Position numbers and translations under genes: made by a program
The notes under the pieces: model-generated
The model's input: only the letters and a program-made list of their open reading frames with translations
Told to the model about the DNA's origin: nothing
Databases searched by the model: none
In this document: positions 9,383-19,278 of the stretch, one piece after another
Numbering within the stretch: the stretch's first letter is position 1
Layout: the number at the start of each line of letters is the position of its first letter
Assembly: GCA_964568925.1 (NCBI GenBank)
Contig: CAZMSJ010000002.1
Coordinates: 12,339-76,338 of the forward strand
Reading direction: 5' to 3'
DNA: 64,000 nt
From: an uncultured Gammaproteobacteria bacterium
GTDB taxonomy: Bacteria; Patescibacteriota; Microgenomatia; UBA8517

Positions 9383-11140
9383 ATGTTAAAGAATCTTATG
9401 AAATACAAAGCAGCACTGCTCCTTGGCTTCTTTGGCGTATTGAGTTGGGTTCTAACCATGGTTAAAAGTAATTTGCCTACTGGATATGATGGAATAGGTT
9501 TTTGGGGGGCAAATGGTCATGATGGCATATGGCACATCGCACTTGCACAGAGCTTGGCACGGGGAACCTTTGATATGCCCGTTTTTTCTGGATATCTACT
9601 TAAAAATTATCATGTAGGTTTTGATCTTCTTCTCGCTTCACTTTCACTTCTCACAAGAATTTCAATTCCGACACTCTACTTTCAAATCATTCCTCCTCTT
9701 CTTGCTATTGGTTTAGCTTATTCTGTGTATCGATTTGTTCTTTCCTGGAAGAAGGATTCTATTGCTGCTTGGTGGTCAATGTTCTTTGTTTTTTTTGGAG
9801 GTAGTGCAGGTTGGATTATTACTCTTTTTAGAGGTCAAGGGTTTGGCGGGGAATCAATGTTTTGGAGTCAGCAGGCTGTTTCAACATTGATTAACCCTCC
9901 CTTTGCACTGTCACTCATTTTCTTACTGTTTGGAATGATGTCCTTTTCCTCATATTTGGCAAAAGGAGGCGTGAAGCATTTTTTCTTAACTGTTTTCTTC
10001 TTTGGGTTTTTAATAACGATAAAAAGCTATTTGGGGATACTTGCGTTAGTTAGTTTGCTCATCGTTTCTTTAATACAGATAGTTTTAAGACGACCCAAAT
10101 CTAAAAACTTTTTCCTTGTGTTTATCTCATCACTCGTTGTCTCCGTTCTTCTCTTTATCCCTCTTAACCGATTTTCAACCGGGTTACTCGTTTTTAAACC
10201 ATTTTGGTTTTTAGAGACAATGCTTGGTTTGTCTGACCGTTTGGGGTGGCCGCGTGCTTATGAGGCTTTAATGAACTGGCGAAGTGGTGGCATCTGGATT
10301 AAAGCAGCTCCAGCTATGTTGATTACCTTTGCAATTTTTGTAATTGGGAACCTTGGTAGTCGTATCATTTTCTTGGTTCACGCCCTTACTCTTGTACGAA
10401 AGCCAAAATCAATTGCATGGCAAGATCTTTTCTTGTTTAGCATTGCGACAGGAGGAGTACTTGCTCCAACCTTATTTCTTCAGCAAGGGACTCCTTGGAA
10501 TACAATTCAATTTTTCTATTACACACTTTTTGTAGGCAGTATTTATTCAGGGTGTGTCATGTCAAAGGTATCGACTCATCTCTCAGTCCAAAAATATCGT
10601 GTACTTGCTGTTTTCGTTATTCTTATAACCATCCCAACGACACTTTCAACCTTACTCTTAGTCTATCTACCAGGACGCCCACCGGCAAAAATTAGCACTT
10701 ATGAAGTGCAAGCTCTCGACTTTTTGTCAAAACAGCCTACTGGAGTAGTTCTAACCTATCCATTTGACTCAATTGCTGCAAGCCAAGCAGTAAACAATCC
10801 TCCACGGCCACTCTATCTCTATGATTCAACTGCTTATGTGTCAGCCTATTCAAATAAGCCGGTGTATTTAGAAGATGAGGTTAATCTTACGATCATGGGT
10901 TATCCATGGAAAGAAAGACGTGTTTTAACTGAAAAGTTTTATAAAGAGCCTGATTCATACAAAGCCCAATACTTTTTGTCGAGCAACAACATTCGATATA
11001 TATATTGGCATAAAGGACAACGAGCGTTACTTGGAGATAAGCAACTAGGTTTAAAACGGATTTTTGAAAATGAAGAGATTGATATCTATGCAGTTATTCC
11101 ACTTCTTGGGGATATAATTCCTGGAAAGATACAAAGATAA
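9383..11140 (+). CDS. Polytopic membrane protein of unknown function (candidate polymerase, ligase or GT-C)
   Basis: The ORF-track start at 9293 lies inside the flippase gene. The first non-overlapping ATG is 9383 (MLKNLMKYKAALLLGFFG...). Periplasmic-loop motif GANGHDGIWHIALAQSLARG, many TMs and a C-terminal soluble domain. I do not recognise the family. Confidence 0.4.
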   Translation: MLKNLMKYKAALLLGFFGVLSWVLTMVKSNLPTGYDGIGFWGANGHDGIWHIALAQSLARGTFDMPVFSGYLLKNYHVGFDLLLASLSLLTRISIPTLYFQIIPPLLAIGLAYSVYRFVLSWKKDSIAAWWSMFFVFFGGSAGWIITLFRGQGFGGESMFWSQQAVSTLINPPFALSLIFLLFGMMSFSSYLAKGGVKHFFLTVFFFGFLITIKSYLGILALVSLLIVSLIQIVLRRPKSKNFFLVFISSLVVSVLLFIPLNRFSTGLLVFKPFWFLETMLGLSDRLGWPRAYEALMNWRSGGIWIKAAPAMLITFAIFVIGNLGSRIIFLVHALTLVRKPKSIAWQDLFLFSIATGGVLAPTLFLQQGTPWNTIQFFYYTLFVGSIYSGCVMSKVSTHLSVQKYRVLAVFVILITIPTTLSTLLLVYLPGRPPAKISTYEVQALDFLSKQPTGVVLTYPFDSIAASQAVNNPPRPLYLYDSTAYVSAYSNKPVYLEDEVNLTIMGYPWKERRVLTEKFYKEPDSYKAQYFLSSNNIRYIYWHKGQRALLGDKQLGLKRIFENEEIDIYAVIPLLGDIIPGKIQR

Positions 11141-11160
11141 CCTCCTCCTTGTTTTTTTCG

Positions 11161-11168
11161 TGTACAAT
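11161..11168 (+). promoter_or_regulatory. -10 box TGTACAAT, 6 nt before GTG 11175 (leaderless candidate)
   Basis: Same octamer as at 1891-1898. Confidence 0.4.
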
Positions 11169-11174
11169 AAGGCT

Positions 11175-12068
11175 GTGAAGATTTCAGTTGTCATTAACAC
11201 CAGAAATGAATCAAGCAATATTGAGCGTGCTATAGCCTCAATTAAGTCTTTTGCCGATGAAATTATCGTGGTTGATATGGAGTCATCTGATGACACCGTT
11301 AAAAAGGCAAAAAAGGCAGGTGCGGTTGTCTTTCCTCACAAAAATACCCAATACGTAGAGCCTGCACGTAACTTTGCGATTAAAAAGGCTACAGGGGATT
11401 GGATATTTATTTTAGACGCAGATGAAGAAGTTCAGCCAGCACTTGTAAAAGAACTGAAAAAGATCGCCAAAGAGGGTAAGTATCATTTTGTGCGAATCCC
11501 ACGAAAAAATATTATCTTTGGAAAATGGATGGAACACGCGAGATGGTGGCCTGACTACAACATTCGATTCTTCAAGAAAAACGCGGTTACCTGGGATGAC
11601 GAAATCCATTCGATACCAATAACAGTAGGGGATGGAATTAACTTAGAGGAAAACGTTTCTTTAGCTATCATTCATCATAATTATCAAACGGTTGAACAAT
11701 ACCTCGACCGGCTAAATCGCTATACGACGGTACAAGCCGCACATCTTATCAAGATAAAGAATGTTACTGCTCGTGATTTTATCGTTCGACCTTCTTCAGA
11801 GTTTTTAACACGGTATTTTGCTGGTCATGGGTACAAAGATGGAATGCATGGACTGGCTCTGTCACTGTTACAATCCTTCTCAGAACTTATTGTTGTTGCT
11901 AAAGCATGGCAAAAAAATGATTTTGCTGAAACTGATGCTCCACTGCGAGAGGTAACTAAGGCACTCAAAGAAACACAAAAAGAAATTAACTATTGGTCTG
12001 CACATGCTCATGTCGAAGAAGGAGGAAGTGTCGTAGATCAAGTAAAAAGAAAATTTAAACTTCCATAA
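11175..12068 (+). CDS. GT2 glycosyltransferase (WaaE/KdtX-like subfamily)
   Basis: Motifs KISVVINTRNESSNIERAI, IIVVDMESSDDT, ILDADEE, ARWWPDY. GTG 11175 is preferred over the ORF-track GTG 11160 for two reasons: TGTACAAT (11161-11168) sits 6 nt upstream, and the N-terminus then matches paralogue 34583 (MKTLSVVLATRNEESN). Confidence 0.75.
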   Translation: MKISVVINTRNESSNIERAIASIKSFADEIIVVDMESSDDTVKKAKKAGAVVFPHKNTQYVEPARNFAIKKATGDWIFILDADEEVQPALVKELKKIAKEGKYHFVRIPRKNIIFGKWMEHARWWPDYNIRFFKKNAVTWDDEIHSIPITVGDGINLEENVSLAIIHHNYQTVEQYLDRLNRYTTVQAAHLIKIKNVTARDFIVRPSSEFLTRYFAGHGYKDGMHGLALSLLQSFSELIVVAKAWQKNDFAETDAPLREVTKALKETQKEINYWSAHAHVEEGGSVVDQVKRKFKLP

Positions 12069-12071
12069 CCT

Positions 12072-12992
12072 ATGACAAAAGTTGCGATCATAGTATTAAA
12101 TTGGAACGGCGCACCAGACACAATCGAGTGCCTGAAAAGTATTGAGAAACTAACGAGCTCTAATCTTCACTTACATACCTTTGTTATAGATAATGACTCT
12201 TCAGACGATTCCGTAAAAGAAATCACCTCATTTGTGAAGCAGAAAAAGACCATTACGATAATTGAAAACAAAAAAAATCTTGGATTTGCAGGTGGAAATA
12301 ATGTCGGAATACGTAAAGCCCTTGAGGAAAGATTTGATTATCTTTTTGTACTAAATAACGATACGATTCTTCACGAGGATTGTATGACAGAACTTGTTTT
12401 GGCCAGTCAGACATACACAGATGGAGGATTATTTACCCCAAAGATTTATTTTGCAAAAGGATTTGAATTTCACAAAGATAGATATCAGAAAGAATCGTTA
12501 GGCCATGTTATCTGGTCAGCTGGCGGTGATATGGATTGGAATAATGTATATGGCTCGAACCACGGAGTTGATCAAGTAGATATCGGACAATTTAATATGC
12601 ACTATGCAACCACGTTTGCCACAGGAGCTGCACTCTTTGGTCCTGCAGAAACGTTTAAAAAAATTGGAATGTTTGATGAAAAATATTTCTTGTATCTTGA
12701 GGATCTTGATTTATCTATTAGAGTCCAAAAGAAGCATAAATCAATCATTTATGTCCCTGATGCAATCGTTTGGCACAAAGTCTCACAAAGTTCTGGAATT
12801 GGGAGTGGATTAAATGACTATTACATCACAAGAAACAGATTGATGTTTGGAATGAGATATGCCTCCCTTCGTACTAAATTTGCACTGGCTCGAGAGTCTA
12901 TCCGGATGTATTTGTCAGCTAGACAGTGGCAAAAGATTGGTGTAAAAGACTATTATCTCGGGAATTTAGGAAAAGGTTCATATACATCATGA
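12072..12992 (+). CDS. GT2 glycosyltransferase (WbbL/rhamnosyltransferase-like layout)
   Basis: Motifs VAIIVLNWNG, FVIDNDSSDDS, NLGFAGGNN, VLNNDT, YLEDLDLSIR. Confidence 0.8.
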   Translation: MTKVAIIVLNWNGAPDTIECLKSIEKLTSSNLHLHTFVIDNDSSDDSVKEITSFVKQKKTITIIENKKNLGFAGGNNVGIRKALEERFDYLFVLNNDTILHEDCMTELVLASQTYTDGGLFTPKIYFAKGFEFHKDRYQKESLGHVIWSAGGDMDWNNVYGSNHGVDQVDIGQFNMHYATTFATGAALFGPAETFKKIGMFDEKYFLYLEDLDLSIRVQKKHKSIIYVPDAIVWHKVSQSSGIGSGLNDYYITRNRLMFGMRYASLRTKFALARESIRMYLSARQWQKIGVKDYYLGNLGKGSYTS

Positions 12993-13771
12993 AAAAGAAC
13001 ATACCTACAGATAAAAAAATACTTCTTTCTGCTGTTTTGATTGTTAAAAATGAATCAAAAATGCTTCAGGAATGTTTAGAGAGTTTGAGTTTCGCTGACG
13101 AAATTGTTGTTATTGATACTGGTTCAACTGACAAAACTATTGAAATTGCAAAGAAGGCAAAGGCACGAGTCATAACATACTTAACTGGCAAAAATTTTTC
13201 AGAGTGGAGAAACAAAGGCTTATCTGAAGCTCGAGGTGAGTGGATATTCTATATTGATGCAGATGAGAGAGTTTCTGTGAGGCTGAAACAGGAAATTCTT
13301 TCAAGTATTCAGTCAGATACTTTCTCTTGGTTTGTCATTCCACGAAGTAACAAGATATTTGGCAAAGAATTCCGTCACGGAGGATGGTGGCCAGACTACG
13401 TTAAAAGACTCTACAAACGAAAGTCTCTGAAAAAATGGACCGGAGTGTTACATGAGGAACCCGTTGTTGACGGAGAAATGGGGTATTTATCTTCACCGCT
13501 TACTCATATTAAGCATGAGACTGTTTTTGAAATGATGGAAAAAACAAATCAGTGGTCAGATTATGAAGCGAAACTTATGTTTGATGCGAAACATCCGCCA
13601 ATGACGGTACTTCGTTTCTTTTCAGCAATGTGGCGAGAGTTTTGGTACCGTATGATTCGAAAGCTTGGGTTCTTAGATGGAAGAGAAGGTGTCTCAATGG
13701 CAATGTACCAGGTATACAGCCGTTTCGTAAGTTATGCCAAGCTGTGGGAACTACAACAAAAAAACAAATGA
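12989..13771 (+). CDS. GT2 glycosyltransferase (WaaE/KdtX-like subfamily)
   Basis: ATG 12989 forms an ATGA overlap with the upstream stop, so the ORF-track start at 12926 is an over-extension. Motifs LSAVLIVKNES, IVVIDTGSTDKT, YIDADER, HGGWWPDY. Confidence 0.75.
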   Translation: MKKNIPTDKKILLSAVLIVKNESKMLQECLESLSFADEIVVIDTGSTDKTIEIAKKAKARVITYLTGKNFSEWRNKGLSEARGEWIFYIDADERVSVRLKQEILSSIQSDTFSWFVIPRSNKIFGKEFRHGGWWPDYVKRLYKRKSLKKWTGVLHEEPVVDGEMGYLSSPLTHIKHETVFEMMEKTNQWSDYEAKLMFDAKHPPMTVLRFFSAMWREFWYRMIRKLGFLDGREGVSMAMYQVYSRFVSYAKLWELQQKNK

Positions 13772-14787
13772 AAGCTGGAATATATTCACCATATTTAGAT
13801 ACATTGGGCGGCGGAGAGCGCTACCTAGCTGGAGTAATTGCGGCACTTACGTTACGCGGGTATGAGGTTGATGTCGAGTGGCCAGATGCTAGTATAAAAA
13901 AGAAACTCGAAGAACGGTTTAACGTAAAACTCAAGTGTAATATCGTTCCAAGTATCGAGAGAGGGGACAACTATGATGTGTGTTTTTGGGTAAGTGATGG
14001 AAGTATCCCTGCCTTGAAGGCTCGTCGGAATATGCTTCACTTTCAAGTTCCGTTTCATGGAACCCATGGTCGTAGTCTCATAAATAAAATGAAACTCTGG
14101 CGAGTAACCTGTGTATGTAATTCTGAATTTACGAAATCAATAATTGATAAAGAATATGGTGTAGATAGCGTAGTCATCTATCCTCCAATTGATACCGAGT
14201 CATTTAAGCCTAAGAAAAAAACGAGAATGATTCTCTACGTGGGTAGATTTTCAAATCTTATGCAATCTAAGCGACAAGATGTGTTAATCGATGCCTTCAA
14301 GAAAATTAAAGTATCGTATCCAGAATGGAAACTGGTACTGGCTGGTGGAGTAGAGGTTGGAGCTGAACAAGAAGTTGCTCGGTTAACGGCTTTAGCTCGA
14401 GGTGTTGAGATTGAAATCGTTCAGAGTCCATCTTTTAGTCAAATTAAAGATTTATATGGCAAGGCAACAATCTTTTGGTCAGCTGCTGGTTTTGAAGTAG
14501 ATGCAAATAAGTATCCTGAGAAAATGGAACACTTTGGTATGAGTGTCGTTGAAGGAATGTCAGCAGGTGCACTTCCGATTGTATTTAACGGAGGAGGATT
14601 TAAAGAGATAGTTTCACATGGGAAGACGGGAATCCTTTGGGATACAAAAGATGAACTAATTCGATTTACAAAAAGCATCATAAAAGAGAAAGAATACTTA
14701 GAAAAAATCGCGCTCGCTGCTCAAGAGCGCGCACAAACATTTTCATATTCAGCGTTTAATGAGCACCTTAATGCATTACTTCAATAA
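13768..14787 (+). CDS. GT4 (GT-B) glycosyltransferase
   Basis: ATG 13768 forms an ATGA overlap. MKAGIYSPYLDTLGGGERY at the N-terminus and EHFGMSVVEGMSAGALPIV (E-x7-E) at the C-terminus. Confidence 0.8.
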   Translation: MKAGIYSPYLDTLGGGERYLAGVIAALTLRGYEVDVEWPDASIKKKLEERFNVKLKCNIVPSIERGDNYDVCFWVSDGSIPALKARRNMLHFQVPFHGTHGRSLINKMKLWRVTCVCNSEFTKSIIDKEYGVDSVVIYPPIDTESFKPKKKTRMILYVGRFSNLMQSKRQDVLIDAFKKIKVSYPEWKLVLAGGVEVGAEQEVARLTALARGVEIEIVQSPSFSQIKDLYGKATIFWSAAGFEVDANKYPEKMEHFGMSVVEGMSAGALPIVFNGGGFKEIVSHGKTGILWDTKDELIRFTKSIIKEKEYLEKIALAAQERAQTFSYSAFNEHLNALLQ

Positions 14788-17092
14788 ATTCCTTACAGCC
14801 ACGTTTTCGACACATGGATATCTGTTACTGTGCTTTGTTATCCCTGCAATATTCTTTTATCGTTCACTTTTTGGAGGTCAGGTAAGTTTGCCAGCTGACT
14901 TTATCGTTGGTGTATACGAGCCATGGCTATCAAGTCATTTTGAAGGCTATCCAGCAGGTATTCCAGTCAAGAATCCAATAATGGCTGATGTTGTCTCCTT
15001 TACCTATCCGATGCAAACGCTTGTTGCTCGAGAGATTGCTTCTGGTCATCTTCCCCTGTGGAATCCGTATATCTTGGGTGGATCGCCACTGTTGGCAAAT
15101 TTCCAGTCAGCTCCGTTTGCAATTACAAATCTCGTCTATCTGTTTTTCTCTGAGGTAGTAGCTTGGAACGTAAAACTGTATTTAGCCCATGTGCTGTGCA
15201 TGGTCACTTTCTGTTTACTTATGCGTTCTTTTTCTCTGTCCAAAAAGGCTTCCCTGATTGGTGCCACACTCTATGCGTTCACTGGCTTTACGGTGATTTG
15301 GTCACAGTGGAGTGCCCACACGCTTGCTGCAAGCTTTATTCCAGCCATTATTTACTTTATTAAAAAGTATGGGGAAACCAAGTCTTTACGAGCTGGTGGA
15401 ATGATTTCACTTATGCTTGCCTTTCAAATATTTTCTGGCTATCCACAACTAACTATCTATACAGTTGGCGTAATTATCTTAAGTATTCTCTTTTTTTCAA
15501 ATTGGCAGAAACACATCATCTCTACAGCAACACACTACGCATTCTTTCTAGCATTAGGACTTTTGTTTGCAGCGATTCAGCTGGTTCCGGGTCTAGAACT
15601 ATTAAAACTTTCACAAAGAAGTACAGAACTGCATCCATTTGAATGGGCCTTTCTGCCTCTTTCGAAACTTATCACGTTTATTATTCCTGACTATTTTGGA
15701 AATCATGTAACGGCAAATTATTGGGGGCCACAGGACTACACATCAAACACAGGCTTTGTTGGGATGATTGCTGTTTTTCTAATGGGTATAGTAAGTAGTA
15801 GCAAGAAAACGAAGACTTTTTATTTTCTACTTGGTATCGCCGTCTATGGAGTAGTAATGTCATTTCCGACAACATTATCACTCATACTCTGGAAGAGTGG
15901 GGTCTTAGGTTTTAATGCGGCCTCTGCCCATCGTGCGATGGTTATGTGGTCACTAGGTGCATCTGGTCTTGCGGCGCTTGGGTTTGATGCGTTGCTTCAC
16001 AAGCGTGTTTCATATCAACGAGTTATTCGTTGGATTTTTCTATCATCAATCACAATTGCTGGAATAGTGTTCGTTGCCCTTTACAATCGATTTGTTAGTC
16101 ATGACCTCCATTACACAACGGCCTTAAGAAACATGGTGCTTCCAGTTGCACTCTTTCTGTCCGTTTCAACGTTTACAGTGCTGTTCCTTCGTAAAATAAT
16201 ATCAGAGGCAATTTTCTATGCGGTTGTGTTGTTGTTTATTGTTACTGAGCTATTTTCTTTTGGTTGGAAATTCACACCTTTTACGCCAAAACAGTTTTTA
16301 TATCCTGATACGGGGATTACCAAAGAACTAACTGCACCATGGGTTACTAGGACTACTGGAAATACCGTTATTCCTGTTAACTTTCGTATGAGTTATGTCA
16401 TCTCTGCACTCGAAGGGTACGATGCCGTCTACCCTGCACGGGCAGCACAATATATCTCCTCTCTAAACGCATTAAGTGGTACAAGCCGCGTATCTGGCAG
16501 ATATGCGTTAGTTGACGACATTCATTCAGCTCTTGTTCCTCTTGCCTCAGTTAACAGCATCATTACGAGCAACCCATCAGAATTTGATTCCCTCCGATAT
16601 AAAACAGTTTTGACTGAGAACAAGACCACTATTTTAGAAGATTCTCTTGCCCTTCCTTCTGCATACTTTGTGCAAAACACTCTATATAAAAAAACGGCAG
16701 ATGTTATTGAAACGCTCTTAAGTAAAGACTTTGATCAAAAGAACTCAGCTGTCATTGAAGGTAATCTAGCACAGGGTAATTGTGTATCAGGTCAGGTAAT
16801 TTCAAATGTGTCTTTGTTTGGAGAACGAACTATTGAAGTACAAACAAATGGTGGATGTGTCCTTGTTGTAACTGATTCTTTCTATCCGGGATGGATCGCA
16901 TCAATTGATGGAAATCAAACAAAAATATATGCTGCAAACTATTTATTTAGAGCAATCTATGTACCTGACGGCTACCATCGTGTTCGTTTTGTGTATCGTC
17001 CAGATTCATTTCTAGTTGGGTCAATCATTACCTTTTTGAGTGGCGTTGTTATTTTTATGTTGGTACTACGAAAGCACAAGAAGTCGAGCTAA
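14759..17092 (+). CDS. YfhO-family polytopic membrane protein (GT-C-type glycosyltransferase candidate)
   Basis: 777 aa with FFYRSLFGGQ...PADFIVGVYEPW...HLPLWNPYILGGSPLLANFQSAPF. C-terminus SFYPGWIASIDGNQTKIY...YHRVRFVYRP plus a terminal TM. Confidence 0.7.
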   Translation: MSTLMHYFNKFLTATFSTHGYLLLCFVIPAIFFYRSLFGGQVSLPADFIVGVYEPWLSSHFEGYPAGIPVKNPIMADVVSFTYPMQTLVAREIASGHLPLWNPYILGGSPLLANFQSAPFAITNLVYLFFSEVVAWNVKLYLAHVLCMVTFCLLMRSFSLSKKASLIGATLYAFTGFTVIWSQWSAHTLAASFIPAIIYFIKKYGETKSLRAGGMISLMLAFQIFSGYPQLTIYTVGVIILSILFFSNWQKHIISTATHYAFFLALGLLFAAIQLVPGLELLKLSQRSTELHPFEWAFLPLSKLITFIIPDYFGNHVTANYWGPQDYTSNTGFVGMIAVFLMGIVSSSKKTKTFYFLLGIAVYGVVMSFPTTLSLILWKSGVLGFNAASAHRAMVMWSLGASGLAALGFDALLHKRVSYQRVIRWIFLSSITIAGIVFVALYNRFVSHDLHYTTALRNMVLPVALFLSVSTFTVLFLRKIISEAIFYAVVLLFIVTELFSFGWKFTPFTPKQFLYPDTGITKELTAPWVTRTTGNTVIPVNFRMSYVISALEGYDAVYPARAAQYISSLNALSGTSRVSGRYALVDDIHSALVPLASVNSIITSNPSEFDSLRYKTVLTENKTTILEDSLALPSAYFVQNTLYKKTADVIETLLSKDFDQKNSAVIEGNLAQGNCVSGQVISNVSLFGERTIEVQTNGGCVLVVTDSFYPGWIASIDGNQTKIYAANYLFRAIYVPDGYHRVRFVYRPDSFLVGSIITFLSGVVIFMLVLRKHKKSS

Positions 17093-17095
17093 AAT
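17090..17095 (+). promoter_or_regulatory. -10 box TAAAAT, 6 nt before ATG 17102
   Basis: It overlaps the upstream TAA stop. Confidence 0.3.
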
Positions 17096-17101
17096 GTCTG
17101 T

Positions 17102-18628
17102 ATGAAATTGAATACATATATTCCATTTGTCCTTCTCTTCATCTTATCTTTCATTATTCGAGTATGGTTTCTTCCCGTTGGAGCGTTAACCTTTGGATAC
17201 GATCAAGCTCGAGACGCAGTACTTTCTCGTCAAATTGCACAAGGAGACTTCAAAATTTTAGGACCATCTTCATCAACCCCTGGTTTGTATCACGGTGTTT
17301 TGTACTATTACGTGCTCGCTCCTATTTATGGATTTACCCAAAATCCTATCGCTGCTGCTTATTGGATGGCATTTCTAAATTCTTTAACTGTCTTTGTCGT
17401 TGCTTATTTTGCGTACCTATTTACAAAAAACAAATGGGCAGGGATAGCCGCAGGATTGTTTTATGCTTTTTCATATGAAGCATCGCAATATGCAACATGG
17501 CTTTCAAATCCAACACTTGGTATGGTTACGGTGCCGCTTTTTTACCTTGGCCTTTGGCTTTGGACACATGTAGACAAGAAGCGGAATCGTATTCTTCCAA
17601 TTGTCCTTACTGCAGTTTCACTTGGATTTTCAATTCAGGCAGAGATATTTTTGGCATATCACATTGTGCCACTTCTTATTTTTCTTGTTGTATATCGAAA
17701 AAATCTCCACAGAAGAGATTTTCTTGTCTTTTTTGTAGCTTTCATTGCATCTCTTTCCACAATGATTCTTTCAGAAGTGAAGTTTGGTTTCAAAGGAGTG
17801 AGTGGTGTGTCTTCTCTTCTTTCAACTGGTGACGCAATCGTTGCAGGTCACGGACTTGGAGATTTTTTTGTTTTATTTCTCAATCAGATTGGCCGTGTGT
17901 ACTCTGCTGCAAGTTATCCAGGGAACGTTGGGTATGGTACATTCCTTGTTGTCCTTCCGTTAATTTACTTTTTAAATGGAACGAAAGAAAAGGCTCAATC
18001 ATGGGTAACTTTTCTTGCAGTTTGGCTTTTCTCCCATGCATCTGTTGTAACAGTTGGAGGTACAAGTACACCATTCCTTCTTGTTGGTATTAGTCCTGCC
18101 GTATCAATTCTTCTTGGAATTCTTTGCTATACACTCTTTAAAAACTCAAAACTTGTAGGTTTGTTTTTGATACTCTTTATAGTTGTTTTTCAAGTAAAAA
18201 CAATTGTTAAAGAAAATGCTCGTGGTTCAGCATACTTTGCCATCCAAAAAGATTTAGTTATATCAAAGGAAACAGCCGCAGTTGATTACATGTACAACAA
18301 AGCAAACGGTGAACCATTTACTGTAAATAGCTTAACAAGTCCTTTGTGGGTAAACATCGTCTGGGCATACCTGTTTAACTGGTATGGACAAGAACACTAT
18401 CAGTATCAACCATCTTGGACTGGTCGAGGACAGGAAGGCCAAGTAATTGCACTCCAAGCTACAAATAAGCCGATGAAACATCATTTCTTGATCCTTGAAC
18501 CTATGGCGGGTATTCCATTCCAGTATTTACCTGATATTATTTCCCAAGAGGATTCTATTACTCGACTTGTTGAAGAAAAGACATTTGGAGAAATCAGAAT
18601 TCAATATCGAGAACCAATTACAAAATGA
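17102..18628 (+). CDS. Polytopic membrane protein, GT-C-fold candidate (DQ-loop subfamily)
   Basis: 508 aa. Loop FGYDQARDAVLSRQIAQGDFKILG after TM1. Paralogue of the 319 product and of the fragment at 1..329. Confidence 0.6.
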   Translation: MKLNTYIPFVLLFILSFIIRVWFLPVGALTFGYDQARDAVLSRQIAQGDFKILGPSSSTPGLYHGVLYYYVLAPIYGFTQNPIAAAYWMAFLNSLTVFVVAYFAYLFTKNKWAGIAAGLFYAFSYEASQYATWLSNPTLGMVTVPLFYLGLWLWTHVDKKRNRILPIVLTAVSLGFSIQAEIFLAYHIVPLLIFLVVYRKNLHRRDFLVFFVAFIASLSTMILSEVKFGFKGVSGVSSLLSTGDAIVAGHGLGDFFVLFLNQIGRVYSAASYPGNVGYGTFLVVLPLIYFLNGTKEKAQSWVTFLAVWLFSHASVVTVGGTSTPFLLVGISPAVSILLGILCYTLFKNSKLVGLFLILFIVVFQVKTIVKENARGSAYFAIQKDLVISKETAAVDYMYNKANGEPFTVNSLTSPLWVNIVWAYLFNWYGQEHYQYQPSWTGRGQEGQVIALQATNKPMKHHFLILEPMAGIPFQYLPDIISQEDSITRLVEEKTFGEIRIQYREPITK

Positions 18629-19278
18629 ACACATCAACAAAATCAGCTGCACAACTTCATGAAAATGTTCCCCCAGATTGGTATTTTCAGTCGATGAAAG
18701 TAAACCTTGGTCAAAGATATTGGCATAATCGCCGCTTCTCAACAGTAATCGCTTTGTCAGAACGAGTAAACGGAAAAATTTTAGATATTGGTTGTGCTGA
18801 CGGGGTTTTTACCAATGAAATTGCGAAGAAAACAAAGGCAAAAAAAGTTATTGGAATTGATGTTTTAAAGTCATCGGTTGATTGGGCAAAAAAACATTGG
18901 AGTAAAAAGAAAAACCTCACATTTAAAGTTGGTAATGCTCATGAATTAACCTATCCAGATAACTCGTTTGGTGCTGTATACGCTCTTGAGGTCTTGGAGC
19001 ATGTTCCAGAACCATTGAAGGTTTTAAAAGAGGTGAAACGGGTACTCGCTCCTCAAGGCTATGCAATATTTTTAGTACCTTCAGACAACAAGTTATTTCA
19101 AGGAGTCTGGTTTTTATGGACAAAATTTTGGAGAGGTCGTATTTGGGACGACTGTCATATCCAATCATATAAAGATCACTCGCTTGGTAAGTTAGCTAAA
19201 AAGGCAGGACTTTCTGTTGAAGTTGATGATACCTTTATCCTTGGCATGCTGAATGTAGTCAAAGTGAGAAAAGTATGA
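18625..19278 (+). CDS. Class I SAM-dependent methyltransferase
   Basis: Motif I ILDIGCADGVF, then YALEVLEHVPEP. ATGA overlap. Confidence 0.8.
   Translation: MNTSTKSAAQLHENVPPDWYFQSMKVNLGQRYWHNRRFSTVIALSERVNGKILDIGCADGVFTNEIAKKTKAKKVIGIDVLKSSVDWAKKHWSKKKNLTFKVGNAHELTYPDNSFGAVYALEVLEHVPEPLKVLKEVKRVLAPQGYAIFLVPSDNKLFQGVWFLWTKFWRGRIWDDCHIQSYKDHSLGKLAKKAGLSVEVDDTFILGMLNVVKVRKV

Noticed and set aside
11141-11148. CCTCCTCC immediately after the 9383..11140 stop, which reads as a strong SD (GGAGGAGG) on the minus strand.
   Set aside because: The only minus-strand reading frame downstream of it is the 27-codon tail of a shadow ORF inside the membrane-protein gene, with no plausible gene. It is more likely a chance pyrimidine run next to the T7 tract.
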